Virus record (IMG/VR): IMGVR_UViG_3300046171_000167
From: an uncultured virus (IMG/VR IMGVR_UViG_3300046171_000167)
Lineage: Duplodnaviria > Heunggongvirae > Uroviricota > Caudoviricetes > Crassvirales
Length of the DNA: 20,000 bases
Reading direction: 5' to 3' (one strand)
Part shown: positions 1 through 8,140 of the stretch, piece after piece
Layout: each line of letters opens with the position of its first letter
Position numbering within the stretch: position 1 is the first letter of the stretch
Position numbers and translations under genes: made by a program
The notes under the pieces: model-generated
What the model saw: the letters and a program-made list of their open reading frames with translations, nothing else
Database searches by the model: none
What the model was told of the DNA's origin: nothing

Positions 1-3000
1 TCGCAGGGTATAGATGTGGAGGCTAGAAAAAGATTTAAATTAGAGGAGGGGGAAGTACCTACTCTAGAGCAGCGAGCTACTGTAATGGAAGACGATAAGT
101 TTTTAGATAAACTTGAATCTAAAGCGGTCGCGGGAGGGTTTATAGCTGGACAGCTGGATAGATTTGGTGCCGGAAAAGTTTTAAAACCGTTTGCGGTGAA
201 TACAACTAAATCAATATTAAGAGGAGGTTATAAAAATTTCTTAAAAGGAGTAGCGAATGGTACTGTAAAAAACACACAAAGAGGTAGTATAGAAGCTATA
301 ACTGAAACCTTACAAGAAGTTATTCAGGCCGGAGCTAGCGGTGCGGATTTAAAGAAAGAGCAATTATTAGAAGCTGGAGCAACCGCTTTTATAACTACCG
401 CAACGTTTGGAATAGGAGGAAAAGTAGCTACGCAAACCGCGGCAGAAGCTAAGACTATTAGTAAAATTACAGCGGGTAAGCTTAATCCTAAAAGCTCAGA
501 GGCGTTTTTAAACAATAAAATAAAAGACTTACAATCAGCCTCTTGACAATGGTGAAATATCTAAAGAAGCTTTTCAAGAAAGTTTCGACGCAATAAACAG
601 CGTTAAAAAAGCAAACGCTTCTATTCCTAATAATTTTTCACAGCCTAGTAAAGAAAAAGCTTTAGATTTACTGATACAAAAGCAAGAGTTACTTAGCGAA
701 ATAGAAAACAAAGATTCTTCGCTCACCAAAGTAGAGAAGAGAAATGATTAATGAAATTAACACTGAGTTAGAATCATTAACTGTTCTTGAAAAAGCTGTA
801 AGCAAAAGACAAACACTTTTGGAAGCAGCTCAGAAAGCAGGCGTTGTAGAAGACTTATCTGTTCAATCTTTTGAAACAAAAGAAAAAATTGAAGAGTACA
901 TAAAACAACAAGGAAAAGGAAAAGCTCAAGCTAAGAGAAGCATGGGTCAATATGGTACTATATTTCAAAACAAAAAAACAGGTAGACAGGAAATACTTAT
1001 AAATAAAGAAATTGCTTTAGAGGATTCGGTAATAACAACAGCCTGACCACGAGTTTTTGCATGCTGTACTATACCAAACCTGTTAAAGGTAATAAACAAG
1101 CACAAATTAACTTAGGGCAGGCTTTATACACTGAATTAATAAAACAAACAGATGGAGCAGTACAAAACACACAGCTCGCCCAAAGATTAAATAACTATTT
1201 AGAAAAAGCTAAAAATCCCACACAACAAGCAAACGCATGGGAAGAAGCTCTAACCTTATTTGCAGAAGGCTTAGGCGACGGAACATTTAAAGCTGAACAG
1301 TCTTTTATAGAAAAAGTAAAACAATTCTTTAAAGATTTATTTGGAAAAGAAATTAATAAAGAAATACGATTTGATACAGGTGCTGATGTAGTTAAGTTTA
1401 TTCAAGACTATAACAAAAGCTTTGAAAAAGGTAAATGGGGTGAGGGTATTAAAAGACTCGCTAAAGAAGGAGCTAAAGGTAAATTAGTTGAGGGTAAGCC
1501 AGTAATGACAGAAGAAGAAGTCGCTAAAGAGTCGGCTAGATCGAATTTAGATGAACAGCTTAATAAAAAATACAAAGGCAATCCTAAGCAACTTATTGCT
1601 GGTATGCTTACATTTCCTTTAGCAAAATCTGAATTTGCTCAACAAATTGGAGGTATAACAAATAGAATAACGCAAAGATTATACGACCCGATACCTACAG
1701 ACCAAAAAAGAACAGTATCTAGGAATGATTTTATAGATGCATTGGTAAGTGAGGCCGCTACTATGGTGGACCGAGAATATAATGGTTTACAAAACCTAGA
1801 TAAATTTGTAAGCAATAGACTCAATTTAAGAGCTAATAATTTAGCTTCTAGACTTGGTATAGAAGAATCTATAAAAGCTGATGTAACGGAGCGTAAAGAT
1901 ATTGCAGGGAACTGAAACAGCAGAACAAACTGTTCAAAGGTCAGAAGAAGTTATAAAAGAAAAGCCAAAAGCCAAACCTTTTAAAGATGCTATTAAAAAT
2001 AAAGCTTTCGAGGAAAACCTTACAAGCACTTTAAATAAAAATATTGCTTTAAGCATAAGCAAGTACGATACGGAAATATCCAACAATAGGACTGTAACTC
2101 CTTTCGTACAGAATATTAAAAATGGATTAGCTCAAGATTTAGAAAAAGACGTTATTAAATTAATTAACGAATACGGGTTATGAGCAATTTTTAAAAGACT
2201 ACAAAGGTACTTTACTATTTAATTATACAACAACTTACTTAAGTAAAAATCCTTTATTTAAAAAAGGTATACTTAAAAGTGTTGGAGGGAAAATGGGTAA
2301 AGATAATCAAGGTAACAACCTATTTAAACCAAACTGGACAGCACCTACTAAATTAGCTAATAACAAATACGACTGGGTTGACGATAAAGGTAAGAAACTT
2401 AAAATAGACAGGGATAATGCTGGACAAAGAGGCTTAACTTCTGGGCCTATTATAATGAAACGTAATCCAAAGATTAACGATATAATTACCGAAGATGAGT
2501 TTTTAAACTTTCATTTTGATGATGGCCCTGTTAGAAAAAGAGTTAAAGTTAATGCTAGAAAAGCTATCGCTAGGCAGGTTGCCTCTGAAATGGGATTAGA
2601 AATATTCCAAGAAGACTTGCAAAATGAAGGTCCTTTATATGAATCTTTTAAAGAAAGAGCTGATATGTTAGGTAAAGCTATGGCCTGAAAATGCAGCTGT
2701 AGAGATTGCTAAAGACATAGACAGAGGGGACTGTAAAAGAATCTGCAAGATTTAATTTAAATGAGCAAATACAGTTACAGTTAGATAAAGGAATTGTAGA
2801 TGCTAATGGATTAATAAGCAATCAAACAGCAAGAGATATTTTTGACAAAGCAGGTAGAGTTCGGTCCCTAACAGCAAGAAGTTTAGTGAATACATCAATA
2901 ACATAGACGCTGATGATAATATAAAAACTATATTTCTTGATTCGGTTATTGGAGATAAAATATACTTAATACAAAGAGCTCAAAGAATTAAAGGGCGAAA

Positions 3001-6000
3001 CATGGGTGTTAAGTATGAAAAAGCTATAAATGAATTACTTAAAAATAAATTTGCTAAAGATATAAAAGTTAGTATACTAAAGCAAAGAAGAGGAGATTTA
3101 GCTTTTAATATAAACAATAATGAATTTGGTATAGAAATTAAGCTAAATGATCAGTCACAAGTAGGGTCTACCACTGTAAATAATATTTTAACAAACCCTT
3201 CTTTATTTAAAAACATACCTTCTTCTGAAATTATTTTAAACGAAATTAATAAGCAAAAGAAAATATTTAATTCATTTATTAATGTAGCTAAAAGTTTCGG
3301 GGCCACTATTAATGAAAAAGGTGCTTTAAAGCTAAAAAATAAAGAAGACTGGAAACTTATAAAACAAAAATGGGGTAAAGCTGTACCTAGAATAAGTTTT
3401 GAATTAGATCAAACCGCCTGCAATGGAACTTTACTCTAATGTAGAGGGCATACAAGTGCCATTTATTCACATTGGAGGTAAAGGCACTTTTGCTGTAGGA
3501 AAAAATAATATTTCCAACGGGGTAACACCTTTACAAGCGGACATGGACTACGTGGTTAGAATGGTACGAAGCAAAAACACGGTTAGCTTTAGAATGTTTC
3601 CTAACTTTAAACAAATAAACGTAGAGTCTAACTTTAATCTAGAAACAAAACAAGGCAGAGAGAACTTAATTAATATTATAAAAAATAATATTAACAAGTC
3701 TTACAACGATAATATACGTAATGCTAACGAAAATATTAGTAAGTTTAGCGAAAGAAAAGGCATAAGTGTTTGGGACTTTGATGATACCTTAGCTAGAACT
3801 AAAAGTAATGTATTGTATACAATGCCTGATGGTACCTAAGGGCAAAATAGACGCTAGTAGGTTTGCTTTAAAAGGCGAGGATTTAGCAGCACAAGGGGCT
3901 ATATTTGATTTTTCAGAATTTAAAAAAGTTATGAAGGGATCTAAAGGTCCTATGTTTGATAAAGCAATTAAAAGAAACGAAAAGTTTGGAAATGAAAATG
4001 TATTTATACTGACTGCCCGCCCTGCTGATTCTAAATATGCAATTCATGAATTCTTAAAAGGGTTAGGCTTAAATATTAAGCTAGAAAACATTGTAGGATT
4101 AGAAGACGGTGCCCCTCAAGCAAAAGCGGATTGGATAATAAGTAAAGTAGCTGAAGGCTATAATGATTTTTATTTTGCTGATGATGCATATAAAAACGTT
4201 GCGGCAGTGCAAGATGTATTGTCTATAGCGGACGTAAAATATGATGTACAGCAAGCAAAAGTTAAATTTAGCGAAAGACTTAGCGAAGACTTTAATGATA
4301 TTATAGAAGATCAGTTTGGTATTGAAAGTTATAAAAGATTTTCAGAAGTTGTTGGTAGAAGAAGAGGTTATAAAAAAGGCAAATGGAAATTATTTATACC
4401 GCCGCAAGCAGAAGATTTTCAAGGTTTACTTTATGATCTATTAGGCAAAGGTAAAAGAGGTGATATGCAAAAAGAATGGTTTGATCAATCTCTTATATTG
4501 CCATATATTCAAGGAGTAGCTAAATTAGAAAAAGCAAAACAAAGTATACAAAGAACGTATAAAAACTTTTTAAAGAACAATAAAGGCGTAGGTAAAAAGT
4601 TAAAACAAAAAATAGAAGATGGTGATTTTACATATGATCAAGCTTTAAGAGTATATTTATTTACAAAGGCAGAATATGAAATACCTGGTTTATCGCAAAG
4701 AGATCAAAAAAAATTAAACGAAATAGTACAAGCGGATGATCAATTAGTTAATTTAGCTTCGCAATTACAATCTATAAGCCAACAAGATGCGGGCTGGATA
4801 AAACCAGAACAATATTGGGACGGGGAAACATTATTAAGTGATTTAAGTAAATTAACAGAAGGGGTTAGTAGACAGCAATATTTATCTGAGTTTATAGAGA
4901 ACGTGGATATTATATTTTCAAAAGAAAATAAAAACAAATTAAGGGCGGCTTTAGGTAATCAGTGGGTAAATGCGGCTGAAAACGCTATAGCCAGAATGAA
5001 ATCAGGGGTGAATCACGTAGGTGGTTCAGATGCTATAACTAACGGATGGCTACAATGGGTTAACAACTCTGTAGGTAGTATAATGTTCTTTAACAGAAGA
5101 TCCGCTACATTACAGCTTTTATCTGCTACCAACTTTTTAAACTGGTCAGATAATAATCCAATGAAGGCGGCCGTCGCGTTCGGTAATCAGCCACAATATT
5201 GGAAAGACTGGTCTATGATATTTAATTCTGACAAATTAAGAGAGCGTAGAGGTGGTTTAAAAACAGATGTTACTGAATCTGAGATTGCAAATGCGGCAGA
5301 AGGAAGTAAGAATAAAGTTTCTTCTATTATAAGTTACTTACTTAAAAAAGGATTTTTACCTACGCAAATAGCCGATAGTATTGCTATTGCTTCAGGTGGG
5401 GCAGCATTTTATAGAAATAGAGTCAATACTTATCTAAAACAAGGATTAAGTAATAAAGAGGCTGAAGCAAAAGCTTTTGATGATTTTTCTAGAATATCTG
5501 ACGAAGCTCAGCAGTCATCTGATCCTTTGCTTGTATCACAAGAACAATCAACGACCGCAGGTAGATTAATATTAGCCTTTGCAAATACACCACAGCAGTA
5601 CATGCGTTTAAGCAAAAAAGCTTTTAGGGACTTAATAAATGGCAGAGGAGATGCTAAAACAAATATTAGTAAAATAGCTTACTATACTTTTGTACAAAAC
5701 TTAATATTTTCTACATTGCAGGCTGCTGGTTTTGCGTTAATACCTGGATTCGATGATGAAGACGAAGAGCTTGAAGATGCTAAAATAAAGCAAGAAAAAA
5801 CAGGTGTTATGGTTTTAAACAGCATGTCCGACACTGTACTAAGAGGTATGGGGCTATATGGCGCAGCTGCTTCGACCTATTAAAAACGTGGTATTAAAAT
5901 ATAAAGAAGAAAAAGCTAAAGATCCATTTAGACAAGATATGGATAAAGTAGTTTATGCAGCACTAAATTTATCACCACCTATTGGATCTAAAGCTGGTAA

Positions 6001-6445
6001 ATTAAAAAGCGCTATGAATACTGAAATATTTGAAAAAGATGTTTTAGCGGCAAGAGGGTTTAATTTAACTATAGACGGAAAGTTTGTACCTAATCCCGCA
6101 TATTCAGCTGTAGGTAAAGTTGCTGCAGCCGCGGCAAATATACCACTTGACAGAGCTTATGATGAAGTAGCTAGTATAACCGAAGCTTTGGATTCTAGAA
6201 ACACAGCATGGCAAAAATTAGCATTAGCTTTAGGTTATAAAACTTGGCAAGTAAACGCTAAGATAGAGGAACATGACTTAATCAAAGCGGCGGCTAAAGC
6301 AAATAGAAAATCACAAGGAAAATTAAAAGCAAAAGCAACAAGAGCTAGAAAGAAAAAAGAACAACAGGCTGCTGATAAAGAAAAAGTAAAAAATATGACT
6401 GTTGAAGAATTAATACAATTTAGAAAAGAGCAAAGAAAAAAATAA
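1..6445 (+). CDS. Giant multidomain (polyvalent-type, probably virion-associated) protein, 5'-truncated; broken into fragments by about 13 apparent +1 base insertions; reconstructed length >2,140 aa
   Basis: The frame is open from base 1. Each listed ORF (16, 744, 1061, 1902, 2293, 3002, 3423, 3808, 5858) and the 'intergenic' gaps join when one base is removed at about 539, 740, 1042, 1079, 1908, 2176, 2684, 2727, 2853, 2867, 3417, 3835 and 5876 (6445-13=6432 nt, 2144 codons). The 2853+2867 pair could alternatively be a single deletion. The joins restore motifs such as HEFLH and a continuous HAD domain. Confidence 0.85.
940..1350 (+). other. Zincin-like metallopeptidase domain within the giant protein
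   Basis: Corrected translation reads YGTIF...QEILINKEIALEDSVITTAD-HEFLH-AVLYQTV (HExxH at 1048-1062, in a frame missing from the ORF track). A downstream AW-EE-ALTLFAE (1241-1246) is the candidate third Zn ligand, followed by an amphipathic FIEKVKQFFKDLFG helix. Confidence 0.75.
3002..3740 (+). other. PD-(D/E)xK (restriction-endonuclease-fold) nuclease-like domain within the giant protein
   Basis: G-x-x-YE helix (MGVKYEKAI), then GD-LAF (D at 3095-3097) and GI-E-I-K (3134-3142): the canonical E...D...ExK arrangement. Confidence 0.6.
3756..4263 (+). other. HAD-superfamily phosphatase domain within the giant protein
   Basis: Motif I SVW-DFDDT-L (3774 onward), motif II FIL-TAR-P, motif III Lys (QAKADW) and motif IV FYFA-DD-AYKN. 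The domain is split by the frameshift at about 3835. Confidence 0.8.
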
Positions 6446-6462
6446 AGAATGTAAAAATATAT

Positions 6463-6471
6463 GTAATTATA
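6463..6471 (+). promoter_or_regulatory. Candidate phage promoter core GTAATTATA upstream of the lysis-like cassette
   Basis: Lies in the 58-bp gap before 6504. The same 9-mer occurs on the - strand at 17777-17785 in the gap upstream of the ERF gene. It is short and AT-rich, so support is weak. Confidence 0.3.
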
Positions 6472-6503
6472 ACATATATTACCCCACCTTATAAAAAATA
6501 AAT

Positions 6504-6788
6504 ATGGCTAACAAGATATCAGAAAACACTGAATTAACTTTAGATTTAAAAACACTTATAATAATAGTAAGCTTTGTCGTTACAGTTGCGGGAATGTGGT
6601 TCGCCATACAGGCAGATATTCAGTTAGCGAAAGAACTTCCGGAGCCTCCTGTAAGTAGAACTGAATACGATCTTAAAGATCAATTAATTCGAGAAACTAT
6701 AATGAATACACAATCAAAGGTGGAGGAAAATAGTGATAAGCTTGACAAAATAGATGAAAAGCTATATGAAATAATTGAAAAAAAATAA
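6504..6788 (+). CDS. Small membrane protein (one N-terminal TM helix plus coiled coil); holin/spanin-like candidate
   Basis: Hydrophobic LIIIVSFVVTVAGMWFAI segment, heptad-like C-terminus, two genes upstream of the M15 peptidase. Confidence 0.55.
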   Translation: MANKISENTELTLDLKTLIIIVSFVVTVAGMWFAIQADIQLAKELPEPPVSRTEYDLKDQLIRETIMNTQSKVEENSDKLDKIDEKLYEIIEKK

Positions 6789-6791
6789 GCC

Positions 6792-7133
6792 ATGAAAAAC
6801 ATTTTAACCGTAATATTTATATGTATAGCAAGCGTTGCTTTCTCTCAAGAATACACATTGCTAGAAATTAATTCCGAATGGAACTGGAGAAACTCAGCTA
6901 AAATAGACAAGGTTAAGGGGGTGAAACATAAAATAGCTTATTTAGAGCAGCAAACTAAAGATTTTCAAAGCAAAGTAAAATCAGTGCCTCTTGTTATATT
7001 ATATAAAGACAACCATGCTATAATGCAATGGTCCGCGGATATAAGTTTTAAGCTTGTTATAAAAGAGGAACAAATTAAAGAAGCAATAGAATCGTCAAAT
7101 AATCGTTTAACAAGAGCATCAACAAATGACTAA
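6792..7133 (+). CDS. Secreted protein with signal peptide; possibly a thioredoxin-like fold without CxxC
   Basis: MKNILTVIFICIASVAFS-Q is a Bacteroidota-style signal peptide ending before Gln. LLEINSEWN and VKSVPLVILYKD resemble the thioredoxin beta-strand/Trp and cis-Pro motifs. Confidence 0.5.
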   Translation: MKNILTVIFICIASVAFSQEYTLLEINSEWNWRNSAKIDKVKGVKHKIAYLEQQTKDFQSKVKSVPLVILYKDNHAIMQWSADISFKLVIKEEQIKEAIESSNNRLTRASTND

Positions 7134-7515
7134 AAATTTTAAATTATCTGAATTAGAGTGTAATTGCATATGTGAAAACCCGTGTACCATTCCGGATGAT
7201 GTTATGAATAATTTAAAAAAATTAGCGGAAAATTTGCAAGTTATAAGAAACACCATTGATAAGCCTATAAAAGTTACTAACGCTTATAGATGCCCTGAAA
7301 AAAATGCTTCCGTAGGTGGAGCGACAAAAAGTCAACACTTGCTAGGCAAAGCAGCGGACTTGCAAGTTAAAGATACATCACCAGATGAGGTTGCTGATAT
7401 TGTAGAATCTTTGCAAGAATCAGGAATTATAGAAATGGGTGGTGTCGGAAGATATAATACATTTACTCACGTAGATATTAGAGGATACACTGCGAGGTGG
7501 AATAATAAAAAATAA
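7126..7515 (+). CDS. Peptidase M15 family Zn peptidase (endolysin candidate)
   Basis: NF-x-LSE-x-x-C start, AYRCPEKN, SQHLLGKAAD (H-x6-D) and FTHVDIR motifs typical of M15A peptidases. Confidence 0.9.
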   Translation: MTKNFKLSELECNCICENPCTIPDDVMNNLKKLAENLQVIRNTIDKPIKVTNAYRCPEKNASVGGATKSQHLLGKAADLQVKDTSPDEVADIVESLQESGIIEMGGVGRYNTFTHVDIRGYTARWNNKK

Positions 7516-7516
7516 T

Positions 7517-7759
7517 ATGAAACCAATTACAAAAATAGTTAAAGAAAGAGCATCAAAAAAGATTTATTCGGATAGTATGGATATATCAATGAACGCTGAT
7601 GGAACTGGCGGTGTATTTAAGTCACCTATAAAAAAGAAAGACGCTTGCTACAGTAAAGTTAAAAGCAGATATAAAAAATGGCCATCAGCTTATGCTAGTG
7701 GCGCGTTAGTTAAATGTAGAAAGGTAGGTGCAGCTAATTGGGGAAATAAATCTAAATAA
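7517..7759 (+). CDS. Small basic phage protein (KKDACYxKVK...WPSAYASGALVKCRK type)
   Basis: Clean 80-aa ORF starting 1 nt after the upstream stop. The C-terminal half resembles a conserved phage hypothetical protein family (recalled, not searched). Confidence 0.7.
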   Translation: MKPITKIVKERASKKIYSDSMDISMNADGTGGVFKSPIKKKDACYSKVKSRYKKWPSAYASGALVKCRKVGAANWGNKSK

Positions 7760-7760
7760 T

Positions 7761-8033
7761 ATGGCAAAAAAAGGGATTGGCCCACAGGGGTTGGGAATAC
7801 TAGGTAATAACGGATATCACATAGGTTCTCCTGCTAAAAACTTAAAGAGGTGGTTTGAAGAAGAATGGAGAACACCTCGCGGTAATAAAGATTACAGTAA
7901 AGGGGAGAATACTTTTAGGCCTACTAAAAAAGTTTCTAAAGACACTCCAAAAACCTGGAACGAAGTTACACCCGCGTCAAAAGCAAAAGCACAAAAAGAA
8001 AAAAATACAAAAGGCAGAGTAACTAAATATTAA
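7761..8033 (+). CDS. Small basic phage protein (LKRWFxEEW...RPTKKVSKDTPKT type)
   Basis: The ATG at 7761 (MAKKGIG) follows the upstream TAA by 1 nt, the same spacing as the previous junction, so it is preferred over the 7728 start. Lys-rich, 90 aa. Confidence 0.7.
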   Translation: MAKKGIGPQGLGILGNNGYHIGSPAKNLKRWFEEEWRTPRGNKDYSKGENTFRPTKKVSKDTPKTWNEVTPASKAKAQKEKNTKGRVTKY

Positions 8034-8038
8034 AATAA

Positions 8039-8064
8039 AAAGGGAAGTCGCAAGACCTCCCTTT
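8039..8064. terminator. Intrinsic terminator between the convergent arms (probably bidirectional)
   Basis: AAAGGGA-A-GTC-GCAA-GAC-C-TCCCTTT hairpin. On the - strand the mismatch becomes G-U and the stem runs into TTTTTATTTT; on the + strand it has a GCAA tetraloop followed by TTTAATTAT. Confidence 0.8.
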
Positions 8065-8087
8065 AATTATATGTATAGATTATTTGA

Positions 8088-8123
8088 TTTTTTATACACA
8101 TTGGTTATTATATGTATAAAAAA
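8088..8123. repeat. AT-rich inverted repeat downstream of nrdA
   Basis: TTTTTTATACA (8088-8098) pairs with TGTATAAAAAA (8113-8123) around a 14-nt loop. Confidence 0.55.
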
Positions 8124-8140
8124 GTCATAACTTTTAGCCT

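Noticed and set aside
544..2688. Stop-codon reassignment (TGA read-through), since five consecutive fragments end in TGA
   Set aside because: Reading through TGA meets further stops in the same frame (for example TGA CAA TGG TGA AAT ATC TAA after 544). The coding sequence continues in the +1 frame, other breaks end in TAA, and intact genes use TGG for Trp.
1..6445. Nine separate genes, or a decayed pseudogene
   Set aside because: The gaps are open in the adjacent frame, catalytic motifs are intact across the joins, there are no in-frame nonsense substitutions, and the same insertion signature hits thyA.
1..6445. crAss-like virion RNA polymerase, prompted by the giant size, the zincin and DFDD
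   Set aside because: DFDDT lies in a HAD motif I context with motifs II-IV downstream. It is not the DxDxD (DFDID) polymerase motif, and no polymerase motifs are visible in this window.
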